A DNA stretch of 63,263 bases, counting the filler, from Atractiella rhizophila (Eukaryota): NCBI GenBank assembly GCA_021432655.1. It is 4 parts of 4 records of this genome, joined end to end, with 100 filler letters (N's around TTAATTAATTAA, not from the genome) between each part and the next. Parts side by side here need not be neighbours in the genome. Positions count along the whole stretch, not along the records: positions 1 to 19,999 come from MU271842.1; 3 more parts are not named here. One strand, given 5' to 3'. The notes under the pieces are model-generated. The model searched no databases. It saw nothing but the letters and a program-made list of their open reading frames with translations, and was not told where the DNA came from. The position numbers were made by a program, and so were the translations under genes. Shown here one piece after another: positions 1-12,174 of this stretch. How positions within the stretch are numbered: the first letter of the stretch is position 1; every line of letters starts with the position of its first letter.

Positions 1-1081
1 CACCTTCCACCCCTCCCCTCGATTTTCCATCTCCCTCTTCTTCACTTCCACCGATTTGACTCTCCATCCCGTCTCTTCAGCAATTTTGGTTACCTCTTCT
101 TCCGTGAAGAAATAACTCATCGTTCCATCTCCTCGTCTATACAATGGCTTGTCCTTATCCATCAAGCTTGGGGAGCTATAGGACGCCGATGGACGCGTAT
201 GAAAGCGAAGTTGGGCGGGATCATGCAATGCATAGTCGCGGAAGAGGAGTTGTCCACCGGATGTAAGGAGGGAGGAGAGAGTCTGGAACACGGAAGAGTG
301 GAACGCTGGTGGGATGGCTGAGAGGACGAACAGCAGCGTGATCATGTCTAGTTTTATTGGAGATGACAGGTCTGGAGGTGACGTGGGCGAAGATTCTATA
401 AGACTCGATGACGGTGCTGTCATTGGTTGACCTGGAGGGGGAAAGGCGATAAGTTTTGGTGACAGCGGCTCTGGGGAGGTTAGGTCATGCACGAAGGCAT
501 AGACTCGATCCGAATGTTCTTTATACTCGTCCTTTTCCTATTAGACTCAGTTCATTAGTAACCACAAGTGACGATTTGATAGAAATTAAGCCCCTACCTT
601 CGTCAGAGCAATTGCTTTAGCTGAAAAATCACAAGCATAGAATCTCGCCTTCTCGTATTTTTTCAGCAAAGGGAAAACAAAGTTCCCCACCCCACATCCA
701 ACCTCTAGGACAGTGGGGTTGTCTCCTTCCGATAGGAGTTCATCTAGCTCCGTGAATTCATTGGATGTCCAATGACGATCTTTGAAAAAGTTCGTCGTGT
801 TTGCGGTGTAAAATTTATCCCTGTCGCGCCAACCTGAGCGAACTCTCGCGATAGAGGATACGCATCTTACCAATTTTTAGCGGCTTCTCTCTTATGCTTT
901 TCTACGAAGAATGGGGGTAAGACCTGAAGTCAGATAAGGACATGGCTCAGAACAAAACAAAAATGCATGCTTCGCGATTTTGGGATAAAATTTCTTCTGG
1001 CGTCTTAGTAAATAGACTATCATCATTTGCCCTGTTGTTGGCACGGCGCTTCTTACCAGTGGTTTGTTGAGGCTCTGTCAT
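1..1081 (-). CDS. tRNA N3-methylcytidine methyltransferase (METTL6/Trm140 family), multi-exon, 3' end outside window
   Basis: Spliced translation from ATG 1081: MTEPQQ...ILSQNRE/VLPPFFVEKHKREAAKNW/DKFYTANTTNFFKDRHW...VLEVGCGVGNFVFPLL...ACDFS. It has SAM motif I and the family FKDRHW motif. The first intron (924-970) is GC-AG. Confidence 0.88.
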
Positions 1082-1425
1082 CCGGAAACTTTGATTGTCG
1101 GAAGTAGAAAGGCTCTTGTTGATCTTCCAAAATTGGAAGATTGTGACAGGACAATTGGAAAGTGTTACTTATTATCCGTTCGTCGTAACACTGGGATCAG
1201 ACTCTTGGTTCCTGTTGGGTACTACTGTAGGACCTCCATACCATATTTATGAGTTCGATCAGTCCTTGCGCGCTGCTTGTCATAAGCTAGTGCGACTACC
1301 TCGCCTAATGTCTTCCTGTTCAAGTTGCAGTTCCGTATCAATATGTAGTAGAGCTCATAAAGTCCGGGGCTAATTCCTCAAAGCTTTGAAGTTCCGCAAC
1401 GATCACTGGTACCTTATCTGCCGTG

Positions 1426-1438
1426 GTGAACGCGTCAC
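1426..1438. promoter_or_regulatory. GTGAACGCGTCAC motif in the METTL6/GNAT divergent promoter
   Basis: The exact 13-mer recurs as its reverse complement at 53958-53970 in the PRE10/SIN1 divergent promoter; it has an ACGCGT core. Confidence 0.4.
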
Positions 1439-1547
1439 GTTCGCGTTCAGAGCTATTTGACTTATGCAAGGTACAATACATATTCTCAGGAACTTTCTTT
1501 GATTCTTCTCTTACAAATCCCTGTGGCAGATAGACGCAGCAAACACC

Positions 1548-2676
1548 ATGACGTCTTCAGAGCCTATCCTCATTCGAGCTTCTTTGGAGCAATACAAGGT
1601 CGCATTTGGTTATTCTCACGCGTCATGGGGAGGAGTGTTGAACCCTGCGGAGTACGTGGAGAGGGAGATGGATCTCAGAAATATCTCGTACTCCCAGAAG
1701 GGAAAGCTACAGCCTTGGTCTTGTTACCTTATAAGCTATCCCTCACAATACTGAACGATTTGGCAGGGTCCTTGTGCCTGCGGATGATCCGACAACCCTC
1801 AACCCGTTGTCTGGATGTAAAACCTTTAGGGGACGCGCTCTGATCTCTCTACCCTCTACCCATACTACTTCTTTCGAACTGTGCGAGGTGGATTATTGCG
1901 TTGTTTATTCAGTCTATACGCCTTTGCCTCATCGCGGAAAAGGCTACGCTTCTCTTCTCTTTTCTTCCCTGCATGAACAGCTGAAAAAAGAAGGAGTTCA
2001 AGCCATGGTTTTGTTCGCGGATGTGGAGGGTTTCTACGAACGGTTTGGTTATGTTGAAAAGGGCAACACATATCGCAGGTGGGAAGTCGCATCTAAGGAT
2101 ATGGAGGCGTTTCTTTCATCGACTACAGCAACGGAAGAACAAGACTTGATCCCAATCGAAAACATGGAAGACATTCGCGCCATCTGCGCGACTGATACAC
2201 AGCTCGTTCAAACCTCCCTCCTCAGGTCTGAGTTCAGCAAACCACGTTTGTATATCCCACCCACAGGCGATGAAATCGAGTATTTTATCACCCGTGCTTC
2301 CTTCGACCATGCCCATCGATTTTTCTCCCGCCCCAAGCCGTCGATCTACGGAGCGCGAGTATCAGGCTCAGATTCTTTCGTTCTATTCCATTATGATTTT
2401 CGATATTCCGACCTGAGGATTTTGCGTCTCCGGTGTGAGCCTGAAGAGTTTCCAAAGCTGCTTAAGTTTATCGTGGTAAGAGCGATGGAGATGGGCATGA
2501 AGGGGGTTGAGGTCTGGGAGTTGAAACAGCGTTATCTGGAGGGCTTACCAGAGTTGCTACAGGTGGAAGAGCAAAGACGGGGCGATTCGAGGAACATGTT
2601 GTGCTGGTTTGGACCTCCGAAGTTGGATGCAAGTGAAATAGATTGGGTTTTGGCGGAAAGATACAGCTGCTTTTGA
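1548..2676 (+). CDS. GNAT-family N-acetyltransferase (LYC1-like), 2 exons
   Basis: ORFs 1548 and 1774 join through a short GT-AG intron (...LQPW/VLVPADDP...). Acetyl-CoA motif A is VYTPLPHRGKGYAS and motif B is LFADVEGFYERFGY. Confidence 0.8.
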
Positions 2677-2744
2677 AGATACATGGTTGCTAGACTTCAC
2701 ATACAGATTGTAAGTAGGATAGATATGGAATGTTACATTGAGCG

Positions 2745-5700
2745 TCACAAAACAGACGGTTTCTTCAGTCCGGTCCACGAAAAGCTACGCTCGAGATGGA
2801 ATGGTGCGATAAGAGCAAATTGAACTGAAGAAGGTCCAACCCTAATTTCGAAATCGCCTGCCTCTCCAATCCATGCTTTCGTCTGGACATCATAATATGA
2901 GAAAGCCGAATGCTAAGTAATCAACGTTACATCGATATAGTCTGCAGATGAGAAACAACTCACATCCAACTGAACGGATACTCTCCTCTCCTCCCCAGAT
3001 TTCAAAAACACCTTCCTCATGCCCTTTAGCTCTACCTCCGGTCTCTCCACTTTCGGATTAACGGCATGAACATACACCTGGGCAGCCTCTGCACCATCGA
3101 ACAGCCCAGTATTCTTGACATCAAACTCGACTTTGAGTCCTAAGTCAAAATCCTCGCTGGGAGAGACCTTGAGATTTTTGAACGAGAACGAGGTGTAGGA
3201 GAGTCCAAAACCGAAGGGAAAAGCGCTCTGTGGGCCGCCAGGTCGATCAAAATACCGATACCCAACTTTGATCCCTTCCGAGTATACTGTATCAAAGTCG
3301 TGACCAAATCCCTCATGGCTGGGATAGTCTTGGAGAACTTTGGGGAAGGTTACGGGTAGTTTGCCTGACGGATTGTGTACTCCAAAAATGCAGTCTGAGA
3401 TGGCATGTCCGCATTCGTTTCCGCCATAGAATGCCTGAACTAGAGTTGTCAGATATGAAACTATTGAAGTAAATGAGGATACAAACCTGGAGGAGGGTAG
3501 AACATTTGGAGATCCAAGGAAATTCGGAGGGCATTCCAGACTGATGCACGATAATCGCGTTGGGGTTTGCGGACAGAATTGCGTCAACCAACTGGTCTGT
3601 CTCTCCAGGTAATCTGTCGAGGAATTTCGGTCAACCGGAATCAACAGTCGTACAAGAGTGCGAACTTAATGTCAGTCCTATCGTACGATTCAGACTCCCA
3701 TTCTGCAGTAGTCCCAATCACAAGGATCGTAACTGCTCTCTGAGTCAGAAATCGCGCCAGGAATCAGGGATATAAACGGTACGAACCATCAGAACTTTTA
3801 CTCAAAGCAACGGCATTGTTGATCATCGCATTCACATTCCTCTTCTTCCTTCCTCCTACCCTAATTCCTCCCCTCCTTCCCGCATATGGAGAATTCGGGC
3901 TGAGTTGCTTGAAATTGGAGAACCGAACTTCGATATCGTACAACTTGCCAGCTTCCACATGTACTTCTGCAACTTGCTCTTCTGCTCCTGTGCCAAACTG
4001 CTCCGTGAACGTTCAGTTCGCTATCAACTGAGCGAAAGATGGAACGCTGTACAAATAGAAGACCAAACTTTTGATCTTTTGAGTTTTCAATCAATAACTT
4101 CCCATCGAAATATAAATCTGCCTGGCCAGCAACGCCTAGTCCAATCTCCCACTATTTTCGGTGATGAGATAACGATAATTCGGAGGGAAATTGATGTACA
4201 ATACCGCTTTCGTTGGGTCTGAAAACCGTTCTCCACTTTCAATTGGAATTTATCAATGGTAAGTAAAATGCAAAGAAAGGAAGGACGTACCCTCACCCAT
4301 CCTCTGACCGGAATACTTTTGGGTATATTATCAATGAAATATGTCAAACTAGACCCGTAGTTTCTTTCGAAGATAGGTGCAACAGTCCCCTTTTCATCAC
4401 CAAACGGACTATGGCTTAAGTTTCAGTCATGATCATCTAGATCGAATGGAACTGACTCGGATTCGAAGAACTCAACATGGACACCCATCTCATTCGTCCT
4501 TGGCACATATACGAAGTCGCTTAGCAGAGGCATCCACCTATCCGTCGTACATCCACGTTCGAATCCGCTGATGGTACCCCCCAACTTCTGAACTTCCTCC
4601 TTGATAGCGTCCAAGGGTGTGACCGCATAAGTCGCTCTTAAGCTTGCACTCCCACCCCCAGCTAAATCAACCAAGCGAATCAACCTAATAGAGCCGGAGG
4701 ATCGAGAGAAGACGAACAGATAGCAGCAATACCGGCGTTGGGCCCAATCACTGCAATTTTCTTCCCTTGCACACTTTCCGGCTTGAGAGGAAGGACATTA
4801 GCGTCATTTTTGAGAAGGACTACTCCCGCGCATGCCGCTTCCCTGAGAAGGGAGCGAACTGCCGGAGTGTCGATCGACTCTTCATCTTTTTCGAACCCGA
4901 TTCCAGAATCCATGGCTTCTTTGATAAAAGCGAGAACCTGGTGTCAAATGGGGCTTGTCAGGACGAATTTTAGAATGAGAATAAATATGGAACGGACGCG
5001 TTTTGTGCAGTCCTCGACGTCTGGAATAGTGAGCTTGCCGCCGAGAATATCACGTTGAGTGCACTGCACATTCCAACCATCAGTACCTTTCCCTTTTGCT
5101 TTCGGCACGCACGTCTCCTCGCATCATGACAGGTCCTATGTTTACTTCAGCTTGCTCCACAGATGAGGAGGGGGCAGCGTACCCGGCATTTCTAAGTCCA
5201 TTCCAGCTTTAATGCTATCCGCACTGCTGTAAGTCCCGCTCCAATCACTCATGATGAGCCCGTCGAAACCCCATTCGCCTCTCAACAGAGTTCGGAGTAG
5301 CCAGGGATGTTCAGCAGCGTGCGTTCCGTTGAGGCGGTTGTAGGACGTCATGAACCCTTTCGGATTGGCGTGCATCAAGAGGCGGAAGGGCTCCGCATAA
5401 AGCTCGTGCAGTGTGCGAAGGTCGACGACACCTGAAATTGGGACGGACAGGTTAGCATGAATTTGCATTGCATTGTTTGGGAAACGAACTGTTGTTGGAA
5501 CGTCGGTGATGCTCTTGCTCATTTGCGATGAAGTCTGGATTCCTGATCAGATTTCCCCTTGAGCAGGGTAGCGCAAGTCTCACGCTTGGGAGCTGAACCA
5601 GGGTTAATGAATGCACGACATTACAGAGAAAAGAGACGAACTGGTCATCACTTTGCACGACTGTACACCTTCAATCCATCTCATTGCTGCAAACCTTTTT

Positions 5701-6231
5701 AGGACGTGGACGACATGCGAAGAAGGTGACATACCTAACCTTCCCGCAAGGAACGGATCTAAAGTATCCATCAGCGCCGTCCATATTGCTAAACAGAGTC
5801 CTTGCCTTCAGAATAGCTTTCGAAACCCCTCCCGCCTCCAGGATGTCTCTGCAAATTGATGGTTGGTCCTAACAAACAATGGACGCCTCTAGCTCGACAC
5901 TCCTCTCCCAACGCCTTCCCAACTCTCAGCATCAATTCTTCGTCGAACGAAGCGCCCAATCCCGTGCCACAGGGGAAACATGAAGCGGCTGCTCCACCAG
6001 ACCAGGCGATTCCACGTACGCCGTTCGGGCCATCTGAGGTGCGAACCCGGGGGATGTTGAAACGTGGGAGGGCTGGCAAGTGCCACTATGCGGTCAAAGA
6101 CGACGAGATGTTAGTGAAACATCAGTAATGATGTAATGATGGAGGAAGGCAGTGCGAACATTGTCATCTCCAGAGAGAACCTGGATCTTCTCCTCAGTTG
6201 TGAGTTGATCCAAAAGCGCAACAGGGTCCAT
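2745..6231 (-). CDS. Glycoside hydrolase family 3 beta-glucosidase with PA14 insert and Fn3-like C-terminus; no signal peptide
   Basis: Exon motifs SDGPNGVRG, GGRGFESYSE, FMTSYNRLNG, GLIMSDW (nucleophile Asp), VVLLKND, NPSGKLPVTFP, YSEGIKVGYRYFD, FPFGFGLSYT and ELKG. Starts MDPVALLDQLTTEEKI; last exon ends ...SWTGLKKPSVL*. Confidence 0.95.
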
Positions 6232-7300
6232 GTATATGTGCAATAATGTTTCTTCGCTTCGTGGTGTTATGTCCAACTCACAATTAAGTTTTGTGACGTG
6301 AAACTAAAGACGCTACTCATTATAAGGAGCAGCCACCCAGAGCTGCCATAAAGACAGAGGTCTCTGGGCAGTACCCCACCCATATCCTTCTCCACTCCAA
6401 ATTTCACGCCTCTCCTTCCCCACGCTCCCGGTTACTTGAATGGATTCCTTCCCGCTGAAAACATCCGCGACGGACTGGTGGAATCGATCTTGAGATCTCG
6501 ACTCATGCCGTAGCCGCACTCTCTACAAACGCCGGCTCAAGAGCTCAATGAATGAGAGATTCACGATGGAAGCTGTTGATCCAAGATCCGAGAGATTTTT
6601 CAAAGCTTGGAAAGTAATCGGGAAGCTCAGCTCATATCTGGAGGAGGAATGGGGCCACCAAGATGATGGTGCACGATGTTAATTCAGCTCGTCCTTTCCT
6701 TCAGTCTCGTTTGCAACAGGAGAGAGTTAGCTAGTTACTGAACGTCTGCGAATGAATAGTTCGTTTGTCCCTCTGGTCAAGTAGGAACGAACAAAGAACG
6801 TGCAAGTCATCAAGTCATTCTGAGTAATTCCTGCCCTAAGGGGTGCATACACTACATCCATCCAGCCTTACACGGCACGGATCTGAGGTTCAAATTTTCC
6901 TGGATTTGGCAAATCTGAGACGCGTTCTTGTTGTTCTTTCGGATACTGTACCAATCATTTCGTCTGTGCAAAAACGCCGGTCTCTCGGATCGGGATCGTT
7001 TGTGCCAAGAGCAGTGTCCTTCCTCTGGAGATGGAAAGATCACTCATCCTGCTCCGCTCTTGCTCCTTCTCCTGCTCCAGCTCCCCCACATGAGGTCGTT
7101 TGGGCGCGGATGGGATTGGAGATCTCCCCCACCATGCGTCCGATCGGCATTGCATGACGCGCGGGGAGATGTTAAAAGCGCGCTGCTCTTTCATTCCTGA
7201 CAAGCGCGATCTTGACTTGCCGCCTTCATCTAAGGATCCGAGTAGGCTTTCGCGAAGTTTACTAAGGACATCAAGACTTTTGGGAGGAGCTTCGTTCAAG
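6232..7300. promoter_or_regulatory. Divergent promoter of the beta-glucosidase/transporter pair with clustered SYGGRG (CreA/Mig1-type) sites
   Basis: SYGGRG matches on either strand at 6374, 6390, 6418, 6638, 7025, 7075, 7084, 7127 and 7161. A TATA-like element lies near 6320. Confidence 0.4.
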
Positions 7301-9569
7301 ATGGTTAACTATATCAACGTGCCAAATAACACGGCTTCGAGTGCGGCTGCTCCCTCCAGTTCTTTCGAATATCTGATGATGGTCGTGGTACAGGCTGGTG
7401 GAGAGATCCTGGTATGAGAATGGGCATGTTTCACATCTTCGTTCGTCTCCTCTCCTTCTCAACTGCTCAATTTGCTGCAAGCTGACGTTATAACCTCCCC
7501 ACAGATTCTCTACACTGCCAAGTACTTAGCTGTTTCCACCATCAAATTCCAAATCAACTGACGCATGTGTCAAGCTATTCACTTGGATTTGACGGCTCCC
7601 TCCTTTCCGGACTCCAAGCTTTAGGTACAGTGGAACTTTCCCTGTCAACCTTTCTAACGCTCGACAAATGCAGCACCTTGGAACGCATTCTTTGGTAGTC
7701 CGAAGGGAACACGATTGGGACTCATAGCTGCGACCTACTACCTTCCAAAGATCCCTTCAGCCTTCATTGTTGCAGAACTCACAGATCGTTATGGCCGCAA
7801 ACTGTCCCTTTACCTCGGCGCTTTCTTCATGCTTGCTGGTGCAATCGTTGGAGGTTTCTCTCAGAACGTAGGACAGTTGATGGGATCTCGTGTTCTGCTC
7901 GGCATAGGGTGAGCTTTCCTTCCCTTCTTTAGGTCCCTCTGCCTGCGAAAGCTGAAAGAAGACTGGTTGGGAAGAACTGCCCTGGCACAGATCTCTGCCT
8001 GCGCCATCATCCCTGAACTCGCGCATCCCAGACTCAGGCATCATGCTGGAGCTTACCTAAATACGACGTACTATATCGGTTCGTTGCGGAATTTCTTTCC
8101 ACAGCATGATTAGTTTTTGACTCTCTGCACAGGATCGATTTTTGCATCTTGGTTGACCTTCAGCATGGTGTATTACCCCGGCTCAGATAAGAATTGGGCT
8201 TGGAGGATTCCGACTTTGGTACAAGGATTTGGACCTATCTTGCTCGCCCTAGGAATCTAGTGAGCCTTTGATCTGCTTGAGAAATGCTTCGATTGGCTGA
8301 TTACGAGACAGCTTCGTTCCTGAATCTCCTCGTTATCTGATCAAGAAGGGACGCGATGCTGAAGCGCACCAAATCCTCGCAAAGTATCACGCCAACGGAG
8401 ACCTTCACGACCCCCTTGTCCAGTTCGAAATGCACGAAATCAAGACTTCCATCGAGATGGAGAAGACAGTGAAGGACGTTTCTTGGCTGGCTTTCTTCCA
8501 GACCAGGGGCAACCTTAGGAGATTCTTTATCATCATCATGATCGGAACCACTACCCAGCTTGTCGGGAACGGTGTCGTCCAGTATTTCCTTGCCCCTGGT
8601 TCGTCCTTCCATCACCACTAATTGCCAGATCGGTGCTAACGTACTATCTGGCAGTCCTTAGGCAAGTTGGCATCACTGCTCCCCCTCAGATCACTGGTAT
8701 CAACGGAGGACTTGCAATCTGGAACTGGTTTATCTCAATGTGAGCTTCCGGCTCATATCTGGCCAGCACTGGTTAATGGGACATAAAGGGCTGGAGCGTC
8801 TCGCGTCGAAAAATTCGGACGCCGTCCTCTCTTCTTGGCTTCTTTGGCGGGAATGTTGTCTTGTTTTACGATCATCACTGGTCTCGCCGGCGGATATGCA
8901 AACACCGGAAACAAGTCAACTGGAGTAGCCCTCGTCCCTTTCATCTTCTTCTTCATGGGATTCTATTCTCTGGCTCTTACGCCTTTGCCCATGGCTTACA
9001 GTACGTTTTTCGTCCTCCCTCAACTGTAGAGAGCAGCCCTGACATTCAGACTGAAACAGCCCCTGAAATATCACCCTTGAAGCTACGTGCAAAATCCGCC
9101 GCACTGCTCCTTCTCTCCCAGAACGTCAGTCAATCGTTCAACCAGTTCGTGAACCCAATTGCGCTCGAAAAGATTGCATGGAAGTGTATGTTATCTTGTT
9201 ACCTTTCATCCCTGCCCGCCGATTCTGATCGTAGCCTGATTAGATTACTTCGTATACTTGGCCGTCCAAGCGACGTATCTCGTACTCTACTTCTTCTTCC
9301 TCCGCGAAACCAAGTGCGTTCTATTCTTCATCTACAGAAGTGGATGGGCTCATCACTAATCTTCGTGCAGGGGCCTCACCGTTGAGGAAGCGGCGGTTGT
9401 ATACGACAGCGCCGATGCGAAGCAAGCGGCGATCGAGGCAGAACGGAAGTTGCGAGAGGGAGCAGAGGACCTTGAGACAGCGGCTGATGTGGATGGACAG
9501 AGCTTAGACAAGGACGAAAAGAGGAGCATGTCATTTGCAAGCGATGAGGAGAAGTTGGAGCGGTCTTAA
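7301..9569 (+). CDS. MFS sugar porter, lactose permease/cellodextrin transporter-like (LAC12/CDT clade), many introns
   Basis: Spliced N-terminus MVNYINVPNNTAS/SWWRDPGMR; motifs DRYGRK, PELAHPRLR, WAWRIP, PESPRYL..KYHANGD, EKFGRRPL, PEISPLKLRAK, NQFVNPIAL and ETKGLTVEE. Stop TAA at 9567-9569. Confidence 0.92.
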
Positions 9570-11088
9570 ACATCTTTCTCATTGGAAACGATTCGGATTT
9601 TTCGATGCTGTATCTTTATCATTTGATGGTGATGATCTGATGAATTGACGCATTTCCTGACACGGACTGAATAGGGAGCGAGTAAGCCTCGGTAAGACCT
9701 TGACCTTGTCCTATTACGCATTCTCGCTCAAAAATTGTGAAATCGCTTTCTCATTGTAATGACTAGAGGACATAGAAATGGTGGCGGTGCCGTCATAACA
9801 AGGGACTAAAGCACGTGAGCGGTGAGCGACAGACAAGGCCTGAATTTCGAACTACCACCATCTCGCAACGTGTGTAGCTCTTTGTAAAACCAGACTATCA
9901 TAGATCAAATCGGCCGGTTTTCTGGTTAGTAGGAAAGGAGACGATTGGACTTTGATTTGGGAACATCGCATTGTGGAGACCATGGCTGACCACGGGTGCG
10001 TGTTCTCGGTTGCTGTAAAACTGCTCACCAGAAGCGATGCTCAAACGCTTCAACGATGTCGTTAAATCTATCGTGAGCGGATAAATTAGTGTTGTTCATC
10101 TTGTTCCCAACAGATCACCCAATATTGTATGGACATAAGATTATTTATCGTATTGCTCATTGTTCATTATTGCCACTTAAGCTCCGAGTGCTAACATGAA
10201 TAGCCCTCCTTGATCGCGAAAAGTTCGAGACAGACGCTTTTTGTTTCTCATACCATGAAATACGGCAACTCATTCCAGGTCAATTGTCGCAGCCAGGCTA
10301 CACAAAAGTATTTAGTGCCGAACAGAAGAAAGAAAGGGCATGGTTATCGTTCTGCTCTGCTCTGGTCTCATGCTGCGATCTCCTTCTTTCTTCAGTTGGA
10401 CAGTGAGAGAAACGATCTTGTGCCTCGTCCTTCTGCATCACCTTTCTTCAAGACTGGTTCAACCTGAGTTTTGTAGTGGAATCCAATGGAGATTTCATGG
10501 AAAAAAGTGGATGAACGGACGGACTTGGTTTCTCTCTCTTTTTTTTTTTTGAAAAAAACGAACATCTAAAGGCAGGTCATCATTATGATTGTCACTCAGA
10601 TCGATTCCTTTGCCGTTCTTCCGACCAGCAAGTTGGGAGCCTCAGCAGAGCCGATGAAGTCGAGATTTCCATCCTCTCTACTCTAGAGTGGGCAGATTAT
10701 CGTTACATGTAACTGCCAAGTGCTTTCACAACTCTACGTCCTGCGTATCTACAAGTGTTTCCCTTTTGCTTTATGCTTCGCCAGCAAAGTGACAGATGTT
10801 TCGTGAGCTCATAATCTTTGCCTCATGTGTCGAGCAAGAAGAAGTAGACAACCACTTTTGTGCTCCGTTACGGTGTTCTGTCTTGCAGCAATCCAAGCCA
10901 TCAACCCGGAAAGACGCCTTTCGAGCAGCTTCTATGTCCTACAGATGTTCTGCATTCATCAAATATTTTGCTTTCCAAAAGATCTAACCAAGATGGAAAT
11001 GAGTGATTGGAGATATCCTGGTAAACTGATGTACATATTTTTGCACAATAGCAAGCCTTCCATCTCCATTCCCACCTCCGATATCCAA

Positions 11089-11655
11089 ATGGATGTCGAC
11101 CCACCTTTGTCCTCTATCCCACAAGAGAAATACGCAGCAACACCCAATCCCACCCCCATCGCCCCGACTCCTCCTGGGCCTTCCCTACTCGACCTCCCTG
11201 CGTTCCGTCGCCTCCGTGAGCCTGGTCAAGGTCAGTCCTCTCTGGGTAGCGAGGAGGGCGACGATTTCGAAGGTATGAGCGTCGCTGTGAATGCATCTGA
11301 ATGGGGGGATGAAGACGAAAGTACGTTACATGTCATTCCATGGAATGGATATTGAAGATGGCTGACTTGGATCTTGGGATGTATAGTCCCCCGCCACAAT
11401 CCTCCTATCGAAGCGCCTATAATCCCTCCCTCTCCTGTCGCTCCGGCCTCCAAAGCATTTGGTCCCATGAGTGGCCAATGGAAGCCAGAGAACATCGAAC
11501 GATGGCGCGAAACAGCCGTCGCTGGAGAGGAAGCCAGACCTGGAACTCCAGTTGGTCGAGCTGGAGAGGTAGGAGGGGAACTTGTCCCTCAGAGTCCGGG
11601 GCCAGCCACGAGGGAGGGAAGCCCGGAATGGGGTAAGGAGAGAAAGAACGATTGA
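11089..11655 (+). CDS. Hypothetical Pro-rich protein (5' extent uncertain)
   Basis: ORFs 10825-11355 and 11374-11655 can be joined in frame by a GTATGA...TAG intron (~11273-11386). No recognisable domain. Confidence 0.35.
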
Positions 11656-12174
11656 GCTACTCTTTATAGGAGGAGTACAAGGTCGCCCATCTTTTGGGGA
11701 ATTCTGGCAGTTCTTTGTCCACTAACTACTCGAACAACAAGGCTGTACTATGGAAAGACATGTTGGAATATCTACTTAGTTAGTTCAACACCTGCGGCTA
11801 CTCTGAATATCGGTCTTAGCTGAAGTCAGGCGTGCTGAGTTTGCCCCTATGTCGAGTCCTAGACCACCTATGCTCCTCTGAGCAGAATGGTCAGGGATAT
11901 TCCACTTTCCATAAATCTGAAGAATCTAGACTAGAGCTATCTGCGTCTGAAATTGGACGAATGCACGATTGTTGTCTGATGTAATGTATTGGTGACCCTC
12001 AGCGTGTGTAAGAAATACAACATCAGAACATTGTGTCTTGAGGAAAGCCGCTAGACAGCCTACTGATGCAGAGCAGAAACACAAGTGAGAGACAAAGACA
12101 AAACTCAACAATACTTGGCCTGACCACACACCGAGAACACCTAGAAACTTTCCTAAGAGAAGAATCGAGTCGCC

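Noticed and set aside
10530..10558. Poly-T/poly-A tract
   Set aside because: Simple intergenic homopolymer with no TSD or retroposed body evident.
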